NCBI GenBank assembly: GCA_030390025.1
Contig: CM059432.1
Location: forward strand, 42,348,001 to 42,412,000
Length of the DNA stretch: 64,000 nucleotides
Reading direction: 5' to 3'
DNA from: Squalus acanthias
Taxonomy: Eukaryota
Positions 26,468 to 36,768 of the stretch are shown piece after piece. Position numbers and translations under genes: made by a program. The notes below the pieces were generated by a model. It saw only the letters and a list, made by a program, of their open reading frames with translations, did not search any database and had not been told where the DNA came from. The number at the start of each line of letters is the position of its first letter. Position 1 is the stretch's first letter.

Positions 26468-28502
26468 ATTATGTTCTCGGTTTGCATCTCTGTTCTTAAG
26501 ATGAAAAGCACTGATCTGTGTCTTTTCAGGGTTGGCTCGCAGATGATTGGTCGCATAGTAGTTGGTTAGCTCAGCAAGTGCATCGCCAAGGGACTTCTCT
26601 ACTTTATCAAAGGATTGGTCCTGAGATGCTATGCACAGATCATTGGCATAGAGGAAACTTCTGGTGTGTGGATGGATGGGCTGGTTGTTGGTATAGATGT
26701 TAAACAGCAAGGGTGCGAGAACACTACCTTGAGGTAACCCATTCTTCTGTCTGCGCCATCTGCTTCACTTGCCGCTGAGGTCAGTAAAGAAACATCTGTT
26801 GGCCAGCATGTTGCACATCAGCTCAGTCAATCTGGCATCTTTTGTTATGTGGAATACCTTCTGCACAAGAATCCGATGATTGACCATGTCATATGCAGCA
26901 GATAAATCCACAAAGGCTGCACCTGTTATTAGCCCAATCTCATAGCCATCCTCGATAAATTGGGTCAGATTTAGAAGCTGGCTTGTGCAGTATATTCCTG
27001 GCCTGAATCCTGCTTGTTCAGGGATAAGACATTCATCTACAATTCAGGATGAGTCTCTCAAACAGTTTATAGGTGTGGCATAACAGGGAGATTGGCCTGA
27101 AGCTCTTAGGGTTGGCTGGGTCTTTGCCGGACTTCAGAACTGCCACTATTCTTGCTTGTCTCCACAACTTAGGGATCTTGTTGGTGGCTAAGCAATTGTT
27201 GAGCATGTCAAGTAGCCATAGTAAAGCCACAGGCCCAAAATGCTTGATTTGATCGCAGAGAATATCATCAAGTCCAGCTGCTTTGTTGTTTTTCCTCACT
27301 TTGATACCAAAGAACACCTCACTCATGTTGAAGGGTCTTGTAAAGTCAGAATCCTCTTTATCAAGTCATTTCCTCGCATACTGATGGTTTTCCATGCTTT
27401 CCAGCTGTGCGTCATATCTGTGGATTCGATCAGTTCTTGCCACTTCTTGCGTCGCTCATCTGATATGGTATCAACAAGCCTTTCTCCAGCTTCCAGAGTA
27501 TCATCTCCAAAGGGATCTGCCTGGAAACAGTTGGTATAGACCTCATAGAGGTCTTTAGTATCCTCCGATAGTCCTGGGATGTAGTTTGTCCGGCACCCTC
27601 GGGGAATATTATTTCTAGAGGAAGTTTTCACCATCTCTACAAACACGCCGTAATGTTCTGGAGAAGCTGGGGTGTCTTTGAGTGCAGCATCCAGGTAAGT
27701 AGAGAACCTTTCCCAGTTTGTCTTCTTCAAATGAAGCGTTGGCGGAGGGGAACTGAGTGACGAGCAACTTCTGCATTGATCTTGATTCCAATTGGTCGAT
27801 GTTGGGAGTTTGGAATAGGATCCAAAACAATTTTCTCACATTGGTTAGCTGTGCGGTTAGAAGCAAGCACCAAGTCTGAGTTATAATCATGTCTCCATCG
27901 GCTGCTGCTGAAGGAGTTTTGCATCATGAATGAGAGACAGCTGACTTGCCTCTAACCGGCTTTCTACTAGTTCTGCATCCTCATTCGTCTCCGAGTATCC
28001 CCAGTGCACGCTGTGGCTATTGAAGTCGCCAATCACAACATTTACTGGGTTGTCAGTAAAGGCATCTGGGAAAGCAAACTGCTCATTAGGTGGCGTATAT
28101 ATACTGCACTGACTGAAACCCCCATAAGCTGGATGTTAAGGATTTCAATATTAGCAAGTTCTGACATGGAGGATTTATCAACAGCAACTCTGCTTCGGAT
28201 GAAAACGACACTGCCATACTCATGGAGTCTCTCTATCACGACCATGGCTGGATGCGTGTAGCTCCGCGGTATGTATCTTGTAGGCAAAGGATGTCACACT
28301 TGTTTCTTGTACATCTATCAGCCAATAAATGATGTTTGGCTGCTGACAGACCTTCAATGTTGGCAGAGATGATAGTCAGTGCCGGCCCTGATGAGGGCCC
28401 AAGCTTTCGACATTGACACCCGTCGCCGTCTTGGTCTCGGCTTGACTGCAGATTCATTCTTCACCCTCCAATACCAGATCAGGAAAGTTGGGTGTAGCGT
28501 TG

Positions 28503-28568
28503 TAGAAGGATTCACAAGCGAAAAACCTGATGGGGCCGCAACGTGAATGCTCCTTCTATGAGCCCCGC
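28503..28568 (-). ncRNA. HDV-like (CPEB3-like) self-cleaving ribozyme, probably inactivated
   Basis: GCGGGGCT CA TAGAAGGA GCA TTCACGT TGC GGCCCC AT CAGG TTTTTCG CTTG TGAA TCCTTCTA. P1, P2, P3 and P4 all pair in HDV order, and the motif starts at the first base of the LINE. Confidence 0.8.
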
Positions 28569-29587
28569 CACTCAGTAACACTGGCCTCATCAGTGGCAAA
28601 ATTGATATAATTGGCTGACTTGTAAAACATGGCATCGGTCACCTGGGTGATGCATCTGTGGGCGGCCGACTGTGAGATCCAGCAAATGTCTGTGCAGATC
28701 CCTGGAAGGAGCCTGAGGCGAAGAAGTTGAGGGCGGTGGTGACTTTGACAGCGACTGGCAAGTTGTGTCCACCAGGCCCTCTGGGCCGCAGGTCTTGTTC
28801 CAGCAAGCTACAAATGTCTGCGACGACCTGGCGCCATAGCCTGAGCCTCCTGAAGCACTGCTGCTCAGTCATGCTGAGGAAGCTCATCCTCTGCCTGTAT
28901 ACCCTGTGTTGGGGGTATCGCCTCTGGCACGCTGCAGCCCTGCGGTGGCTCCCTCTCTCCTGTGGAGCATCAGGTCATTGAAGAGAAGGCTGCTGCTGCG
29001 GGTGGTGGGGCTCATCTTGGTCCGATTCTGAGGTGAGACAGTATAAGCAGCACCCATGCTGATGTAGTAGATGGCAGGTAAAGTAGAGATCAGATGGCCA
29101 AGTGGCTTCCGAGGTTGCTGAAATGACCTGCAAACTGCTGACATCTAAATTTGTGGACAAAATGGAGTGAGCAAGAGCCTTTCCATGAGGCAAGTAATGA
29201 GGTGTAATGTTGCAGTATTTATGTGCTTTTCCCAGCTCTCAATGAATGGACTCGCCAATGGCCACTGAGCTTCCGCCTCCCCTTCACAGCCGAGGCGCCC
29301 GAGTGTGTGAATCCTGCGCTCCTGCAGGAAAAATCAAAAGCTGGCATTAAAAACCCTCTTAAGGGTCTCTCAACAAGCAGTGAATGACTTGAATGAGGTC
29401 GCCCGCCTCTGCTGATCGGATTCGTGTCGCGCCTTCAAAGCCGCCCGAGTTAAATGCGTGAGGCGGCGGGATGACGCTCTCGCAATTTACGAGATTTTTA
29501 CTGCCAACCTGCCCCCAAACCTGCATGCTCGGCAATGAGAAAATTCTGGCCAGAGAGTTGTATGCATATGTACTTTCATGCATGTTC

Positions 29588-29905
29588 TAAAACAAAAACA
29601 AAATATACTGGAAGCATGCAGGAAATCAGTTAACAACTGAGGAGTCAAAAACAAGTGTACATTTTAAGTGCGAACCCTTTAGAACTTAAAAATGCCATCT
29701 TCTCACATTCTCCAAACTTATATATATATATAAATCCCCCTCCCCTTTATTCATTGTATTAATATGCCTGGCTGCCTCTTATTTTCAGTTTAAAGAAAAA
29801 ATATAAATTTGTCTATTCTTTCCACAGATGCTGCCTGACCTGCTGTGTATTTCCAACATTTTCTGTTATGGTTTCAGATTTCCAGCATCTGTCGGATTTT
29901 GCTTT
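29588..29905. repeat. Degenerate inverted pair of a short dispersed repeat, possibly Penelope-like terminal repeats
   Basis: 29820-29900 (CACAGATGCTGCCTGACCTGCTG..TTTCCAACATTTTCTG..CAGATTTCCAGCATCTG) has a weak inverted counterpart at 29588-29690. Confidence 0.35.
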
Positions 29906-31809
29906 TTCCCATTTCCATGCACGTACCAGGTGCTCTGGATAAGGAACTTCTGTACTGGTAAAACTTGTGAGGCTTTCATTGAAGCGACCAGCGCAACATA
30001 AATGAGCACTAAATACAAATGTGATTTATGTCTCAGTTTTCCACATATAATACACACCCGTCTAATGTGTACTCTTCCCTGCCTCTGTATAAAAATACAT
30101 ACAACATACACTTTGGTCTTTGCACTGATGTCCAAAATCGTGCCCTTCAGGATTATAATGGGTGCTCACGTGTAACATGCAGACAGGTACCAAGCTAAAT
30201 AAAAATTTTAGGAAAACCTATTTAGAGAATATATGCGCAGAACCATATTTTAATGATAGAAGGTATGATTTATCTGCTAAAATTTACAACGGATTTATGG
30301 TAGTGAATATAATTTTTTAATATACTGATTTGAGGAAGAGATCTACAAATAAGATAGAAGCCTATGTTACAAGTGGTGAACAAAAATAAAATGGACACCA
30401 TTTTAAAGGTTGCTTACAGGCCTGTATAATTATATCTTTCTACAAGAAAAAGTGTGGAGTTATGGAGATGTGCAATGGAGTTTGGAGAGCAGGAAACGCT
30501 TAGAGTGCCATTTTTTGCAGGCACATGTGCCATCAGCAGTTTTACTGCCAACGCCACTACTTCTTACATGTTGCCTGGGGACTTTACTTCCTCAGCACTT
30601 GAGAGGCTGCTCACCTCCAAATGGGGAAACAAGTATCAAAACTTCTCTCACTTCCATTGGTATTTTAATACGTATCTCAACTTTCTAAAAGAGGAACTTA
30701 TAGATGACTTAGGTTCCTATTTGATAATTGCATGCTATCTATAGATTTGCCTCATAACGTGAAATGCTTCAACCAACTTCTACATATATAGTAACATCGT
30801 TTCTGGAAAGTGAAATTATACGCTCTACTTTTCCACAGTTTCTGTCAAGAACAAAATAAATGAGGCACGGTTGATCTAAAGAAAAACAACAGTTGTGAGA
30901 ATAACAGGAATTCTTTTCTCTCTCCCTCCTGGTTTATAGCACAGCCCTGCATCTCTTCAACACATCAAAACGAGGAAGAAACTCTTAGAGAATTCGGTCT
31001 GCCTTGTGTTAAGATGGTGTATCTCTGTGCACTGTGACACGGGTTCACTTCTGCTTGCCGTTTATCTGCTTATACTCTCAGGTCTCTTGACTGTAGTAAT
31101 CACATCCCACACACATTCTGACAGCAACCATGGCTCCAGCCAGCTTCCAGAGACACAGCCGAGCCTGCAGAAAGATGTCAGTGTTCCAAGAGTACAGATG
31201 GCATGCTTTAATTAACCCTTTGAGGCTTAATGGAGCATTTTTAGAACATGCTAAACTATACAAGGTATGAGTTTCTGATTTATTAAAGAAAGTACCCAGG
31301 GCAAAACTTAATCTAACTCTCAGATTTTGATTCCATCCTTTTCAGTAACATAGATCATTGAAATATTACAGTAATTCCTTATGGATATCAAATGACAGCA
31401 TCTATTCATATCTTTGGAATGCTAGAAGAAATTCAGCACTCTGTGTGCTCATTTGTAGTGTTGCCCCAGCTTACACAATGCTAAAAATAACTGCTATAAA
31501 TGATCAAACAAGTCTGCAACATATTATTTTTTATTAAACGCTTTTGTTCATTGTGCTGATGAACTAGTTGTCCTGTGTATTGTACATGCCTCTAGTACTT
31601 TTGGGTCTGATTGCCAATGGTGATTGTGGGAAATCTGATGCACTAGTGCCTGCTCTTAAAAGAAACCTTTCTGGCTTTTGCTTATAGAAAATAGGAGCCT
31701 ATTTTTAATACAGTACCTAGCCATTCCTTTCATAGGACTTATCACTAGTTAAAAGATACATAAACAGTGAACAGGTTAGTATTTTAAAAAATTTGTGACG
31801 ATCACATTT

Positions 31810-32012
31810 TACCAATTCAATTGAAGTTTTTGAAGAAGTCACTAGGTTAGTAGGTGAGGGTAACCCATTAGCCATTGTCTACCTGAGCTTCCAGCAAACT
31901 TTTGATAAGGTACCACATAAGATGCTTCTCTACAAGATAGAATCACGTGGAATTAGTGGTAATCTGCTGCGGTGGATTGAGAATTGGCTGAATGCCCATT
32001 GGCAAAAGTTGG
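31810..32012 (+). mobile_element. Old CR1-like RT fragment
   Basis: Reads FFEEVT..VYLSFQQTFDKVPH..WIENWL. Confidence 0.7.
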
Positions 32013-32094
32013 TCTTTTCCTGTCTGACATTTTTGTAGATTTAAATCATCTAAGGTGCCTCAATGAGAGGTGTATGTTAGTCATGTAAGGGGTG

Positions 32095-33101
32095 AATTTG
32101 GGGGATCTGACTACCACAACAAGAACTATCGGGCATTGCTCTCCTCTGCCAAAACCATTCATTACTCCAGGATATTCCTGGAAAGCAAAGCTAATCACTG
32201 TCTTCTTTTCTCCACTACCAACCATTTCCTTAAATCTCTCCCCTGTGCTCTCCACCCTCACCTCCAACAAAAATGGCAAAGAGCTCATGGACTTCTTTGG
32301 CACTAAGAGTGAGACTATCCATTCAGCTTCCATTCTCTAGCCACCGACTCCATCCCTCTCCCTAGCATCTGTCTGAGGCTGAACCAGACTGTTCGCAACC
32401 TTGGTGTCACTTGAAATGAGCTTCTGACCACATATCCATGCCATAACTAAGATCACCTATTTCTACCTCTGTAACATCGCCCGACTCCACCCCTGCCTTA
32501 GCTCATCTGCTGCTGAAATCCTCATCCCAGCCTTTGTTACCTCTAGACTTGACTATTCCAATGCACTCCTGGCCAGCCTCCCACATTCTACCCTGTGTAA
32601 ACTTGAGGTCATCCAAAACCCTGTTGCTCGTGTCCTAACTCGCACCAAGTCCCGTTCACCCATCACTCCTGCGATCGCTGACTCACATTGGCTCCCGGTT
32701 AAGCAACGCCGCGAGTTTTAAATTCTCATCCTTGTTTTTATAATGCCTCCATGGCCTCACCCCTCCCAATCTCTGTAATCTCCTCCAGCCCCACAACCCC
32801 CCGAGAAATCTGCTCTCCTCTAATTCTGGCCTCTTGAGCATCCCTGATTTTAATCGCTCCACCATTGGCGGCCGTACCTTCAGCTGCCTAGGCCCTTAGT
32901 TCTGGAATTCCCTCCCTAAACTTCTCCGTCTCTCTACCTCTCTTTCTTCATTTAAGACGCTCCTTAAAACCTACTTCTTTGACCAAGCTTTTGGTCACCT
33001 GCCCTAATTTCTCCTTACGTGGCTCGGTGTCAAATTTTGTGCAGCGCCTTGGGACGTTTTACTACGTTAAAGGCGCTATATAAATACAAGTTGTTGTTGT
33101 T
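32095..33101 (+). mobile_element. L2-clade LINE, deleted 3' portion
   Basis: AFVTSRLDYSNALLASLP..PITPAIADSHWLPVKQR, with the tail GGCGCTATATAAATACAAG(TTG)n. Confidence 0.85.
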
Positions 33102-33299
33102 GCCTCTGCCGCCTGCCCACCTTTTTCTAGCCCATCAACCACACCCCTCAGAGCACCAGGCCAGTAGAATGTGAGAGGCGAAACCAGGGTGCCCAGAAGC
33201 ACTCTTCAGTGATGCGGGGTTCATGACCAGCACAGCATCCACAGACAGTGGGGAAGAAACAATATACTGAGGGTCATGGTGCTACAAAACATGTGATAG

Positions 33300-33600
33300 A
33301 GTAAGTGTGATTGGCATTAGGAAGTCTCATTTTAAGGGCCTGGATAAATCTGATAAAGCCCTGCTGTCCAGTCCAGCAAGAGTGTCCATAATTATAGTAG
33401 CTTGCTGCATCCTGCAAAAATTTCACTATATAGAAAGCATTACTCCTTCCTGAAATTGAGGAGCATGATGAAGAAAATGGAGAAGGCCCTCCATCCCTGG
33501 AGCAGAAGGAAGTTTCACAACAGGGATTGGAGATGGAGCAAGACAAGTATCAGCCTGCAGCCAGAGAAAGGAGGCAGCAACTTAATAAAACAAAGTTGGG
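33300..33600 (+). pseudogene. Highly decayed Harbinger transposase C-terminal remnant
   Basis: SPARVSIIIVACCILQ followed by acidic EIEEHDEENGE and AARERRQQL, paralleling SPERVSNFVVVCCMLHN..EEEEDE..ARAVRQRL. Confidence 0.55.
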
Positions 33601-33619
33601 AAGGCAAATTAAAATCCTT

Positions 33620-34535
33620 GGGGGGAATTTTAACCCAACAAAACAGGTGGGTTGGGGTCGGGTGGGAAGTTAAAGTGTTAAAAATCTGAATCCCGACCAG
33701 AACCCGCCTCCAACCCGCCCACTTCCAGTTTTAACGGAGGCGGGACGGGGGGCGGGTAGTCAACCCACTCCCAGGAGGCGGGTCGTCCATTTAAATATTA
33801 TAATGAGGCTGGCATGCCTCAGATTTAACCACCATTTTAAATTTAACAGTAGCTGGTTGGGTTTTGCAGGCATCGTGAAACCCGCCAGCTAAAGTAAAGC
33901 GAGAACTGCTGGATCCAGGAGGTAAGTGCCTTTACATTTACTTTCTGGATCCAGCGTCCCTGCCTAACAGCCCCCCCCCGACCCGTGATCAATCCACCTA
34001 CAGGCCTCCGATTCCCCTCGCATGAGGCCTCGCCCCCCCATGCTCCTCTGACCCCTATATTGTCTGCCTTCCCCCCACTACCCCCCACCCCGTGCTTCTC
34101 TGGCCCTCCGATGATGCTCCTCCGGCCCTTGATGAGTGCCTGAAAGCCCCCCCCCCCCCCACTCCTCCGGCCCTCCGATCAGCCGCTCCTGCCCCCGATC
34201 TGTTCCCGACACACCCCCAACCCCCGGTCCTCCGGCTCTTTGATCTGCTCCAGACCTGCCCATGCTCCTCCGGCCCTCCGATCTGCTCTGGACCAGCCCC
34301 CTGATACGTCCCTCCCTCCCTGCTCTCTGCGGCCTAGTGCCGCGGGCCTACCCGCCCACAGTCAGCCAGCCAGCCTCTCAATCTGGCTGGCTGCGGGTAG
34401 AAAACAGAGGTTTCCAATCCAAATCAGGCCCTGCCATTAAATTCGACAGGGCCTGCGGGAAACCCGTTCTTTCAGGTTTCCCGATTGCTTCAGAGCCCCC
34501 CCGCTCCCAAGCTGGCAAACTATTAAAATTCAAGC
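33620..34535. mobile_element. Probable non-autonomous DNA transposon with a GC-rich tandem core
   Basis: Starts GGGGGGAATTTTAA and ends TTAAAATTCAAGC (imperfect inverted). Contains ACCCGCC motifs and internal CTCCTCCGGCCCTCCGAT repeats at 34095-34290. Confidence 0.5.
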
Positions 34536-34780
34536 ATTAGTTTCTGCCCGAACCATCCCCTTCCCCACACTAGTTGCCTCATTAAGACCAGAATTCCAAA
34601 AGGCATTTGTACCTCACCTCAACAATATAAATCTTGCATTCTCATATTTCATCAGCTCAGACCACGACGTTGCAGCCATCTGGAAAAATGAATTTCGAAG
34701 TCTTTGTAGTCAATCAATTTTTACTTTCCATTATAATATTTTCCAAGTAATTTCAAAAACTAACTACAGTTACCTTTCAG

Positions 34781-34799
34781 TCATAGAGTCATAGTCATA
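34781..34799 (-). repeat. Displaced (ATGACTCT)n-type 3' tail of the CR1 at 41820-43920
   Basis: TCATAGAGTCATAGTCATA is the reverse complement of the tail unit that ends the segment at 39098-39107. Confidence 0.8.
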
Positions 34800-35241
34800 G
34801 GGGGAAAAATTCAGTTGGTTGCGCCTCCCGTTAGCACCTTAAGAGGGCGCTAATGGGGCGCAAAGCCGCTAGCGCCCAGGGCGCAGCGATGTTTGCGCCG
34901 CTGGGGAACTTAACTAGACATTGTGCGGCGGCGCTAAACTTTACCGCCGCGACCACCTGCGCGCGCAGATTGTGACGTCATTCCATGGTGCAACGCCCTT
35001 GTGGCGCCCCGGAGCGGAAATTGAGTGGCGCCCCCTGCCTTACCGCCTGGCGCATCCAACGACCGGAAAACTGGAACGCTATCAATCGCTGTGGGGCTGG
35101 GGGGGCGCTATTTAAAGGGGGCCTCTTCCTGTCTTTTTCTGTGGTTGACATTTTTGCACCACTCGTTCTGAGAGAGAGAGAGAGATTCGGAGAGAGAGAA
35201 AGAGAGACTTCTACATTGAGTCAACGCTTTGTGAGGTAGTT

Positions 35242-36456
35242 TTGCCTACTGATCCTAACTTCGCTGGTACTTTGGTTGCTGTTCTTCATAACTTTGCTTG
35301 CAAAGAGACTATAGGGGCTGCATTGATTGGGGGCGTCGTCCTGCTCCAGCTGAATTGGAGGACACAGAGACGCAGAGAGAGAGTGGCAATGATGGCCAGA
35401 CGGAGGAGGGCCAACAGGCGTATGTACAGGAGAGCTTACCCTCCCAGGGTATATCGTGAACAGCTCTCCTACATTCATATGTCTGAGGAGCTGTGTTTGC
35501 GAAGGCTGCGATTCAGCAAGGAGGTGGTCACTGAGCTCTGCCACCTGCTGCAGCCAGATCTGCAGCCTCAACTGAGGTCCAGTACGTCTCTGTCGGTGGC
35601 AGTGAAGGTCACAGTGGCTCTCAACTTCTATGCTACTGGCTCATTTCAAGCTGCTGCTGGGGACCTCGCCAATATCTCCCAGTTCGCGGTGCATTGCTGC
35701 ATCCGGCAGGTCACAAATGCCCTCTTTAAAAGGAGACGAGAGTTCATCTCTTTCCCCATGACCCTAGACAAGCAGTGTGACCGCGCTCTGGGCTTTGCGA
35801 GGATAGCGGGCTTCCCCATGGTGCAGGGCGCCATTGACTGCACGCATGTGGCTTTGCGTGCTCCACATGAGAATGCCGAGGATTTCCGGAACAGAAAGGG
35901 GTTCCATTCCTTGAATGTTCAGTTGGTCTGTGACCACAGACAGCTGATACTCGCTGTCAATGCCCACTATCCTGGCAGCTGCCACGATGCTTTCATCCTG
36001 CGCCAGACTACTGTGGCAGAACTTTTCGAGGCACCGCATCAGCCAGTTGGTTGGCTTCTCAGGGACAAGGGGTATCCATTGAGCACCTGGCTGATGACAC
36101 CGCTCCGTACGCCCAACACCCCTGCTGAGCTGCGGTACAACGAGAGCCATCAAGCTACCAGGAACATCATTGAGCGCACAATCGGCGTGCTGAAGCAACG
36201 GTTCCGCTGTCTCGACCATTCTGGAGGAGCCCTGCAGTACTCGCCTGAGCGAGTATCCAACTTCGTAGTTGTGTGCTGCATGTTGCATAACATGGCAATC
36301 GTCAGGACCCAGCCAATGCCACCAGGCCTTGGAGCACCACCAGAGGAGGAAGAGGACGAGGCGGATGATCATCAGCAGCACCAAGGCGGGAGGGCGGCCC
36401 ACAATGGTGAAACTGCAAGGGCCGTCCGTCAACGGCTGATAGCAAGCCGCTTCTAG
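35242..36456 (+). CDS. Harbinger (HARBI1-like) DDE transposase, copy A
   Basis: Open frame with the first ATG at 35389. GAIDCTH / LRDKGY / IERTIGVLKQRF form the D-D-E triad, plus [22 protein letters not shown] and CCMLHN. The conserved G before the second D is R here. Confidence 0.93.
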   Translation: MPTDPNFAGTLVAVLHNFACKETIGAALIGGVVLLQLNWRTQRRRERVAMMARRRRANRRMYRRAYPPRVYREQLSYIHMSEELCLRRLRFSKEVVTELCHLLQPDLQPQLRSSTSLSVAVKVTVALNFYATGSFQAAAGDLANISQFAVHCCIRQVTNALFKRRREFISFPMTLDKQCDRALGFARIAGFPMVQGAIDCTHVALRAPHENAEDFRNRKGFHSLNVQLVCDHRQLILAVNAHYPGSCHDAFILRQTTVAELFEAPHQPVGWLLRDKGYPLSTWLMTPLRTPNTPAELRYNESHQATRNIIERTIGVLKQRFRCLDHSGGALQYSPERVSNFVVVCCMLHNMAIVRTQPMPPGLGAPPEEEEDEADDHQQHQGGRAAHNGETARAVRQRLIASRF

Positions 36457-36768
36457 GGCCCCTGCTGTGGAAATGGCTTCTGCCATTGCTAACAACATCA
36501 ATGAACCCAGCACGCAACCCCTGAGCCGGCCAAGGCACCAATGATTCCAAACACCAAACATGTATATTTTGAATACAAAAACTTATTTATTTTACAAACT
36601 CTGTGTGTGTCATTTCCTCATGACAAACTCATAGAAATAAACACAAAAAAACAGTCATTAACATAACTGGTTCTCACAACCTGGAGATAATGTCCAAAAC
36701 ACTAGACAAAAGTTGGACCACGAACCTCGGCCTTTAATAAAAAAATGACCAGCATTTTGTCACACCTC

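Larger units (their letters stand above)
24849..28568 (-). mobile_element. Full-length Vingi/Ingi-like non-LTR retrotransposon, decayed
   Basis: Single-ORF architecture. Endonuclease start GPALTIISANIEGLS..CDILCLQ. RT motifs KAAGLD..FRPISLL..LYAND..YLGVTLDR. C-terminal LNxLRTG..CDCG..QTMEHLLEC. No ORF1 or RNase H seen, and a very short 3' UTR. 8-bp TSD CGCTCAGT (24841-24848) / CACTCAGT (28569-28576). The clade is assigned from recalled family traits, not a search. Confidence 0.8.
24220..29057 (-). pseudogene. Harbinger transposase split by a LINE insertion
   Basis: The 5' part 29057-28569 reads [35 protein letters not shown]. It resumes at 24848 with [33 protein letters not shown]. Confidence 0.88.
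21110..29551. mobile_element. Decayed PIF/Harbinger transposon hosting nested insertions
   Basis: TIRs GGCTGGAATTTT / AAAATTCTGGCC with an AGA TSD at 21107-21109 and 29552-29554. Myb-like gene on + and transposase on -. Confidence 0.88.

Noticed and set aside
28236..28500. 2A-like (NPGP) peptide at the start of the Vingi/Ingi-like ORF
   Set aside because: Only KLGPSSGP is seen, with no D(V/I)ExNPGP consensus.
29588..29905. Hammerhead ribozyme in the Penelope-like repeat
   Set aside because: The CTGANGA/GAAA core is not recognisable in this decayed copy.
30410..30744. Host exon or ORF
   Set aside because: There is a plausible acceptor at ~30510 but no recognisable protein, a weak donor and no linked exons.
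34090..34300. CRISPR-like repeat-spacer array
   Set aside because: The GC-rich repeats are irregular and degenerate, lie inside a eukaryotic repeat, and have no constant spacing or cas genes.
35242..36456. Calling this the domesticated host gene HARBI1 (or the Myb gene NAIF1)
   Set aside because: It lies inside TIRs, has multiple related copies and a paired Myb gene, so it is a transposon gene. No symbol was assigned.
35764..36561. 265-aa antisense ORF (and its mirror at 40059-40856)
   Set aside because: It is a shadow of the GC-rich transposase frame, has no recognisable motifs, and is duplicated only because the element is.
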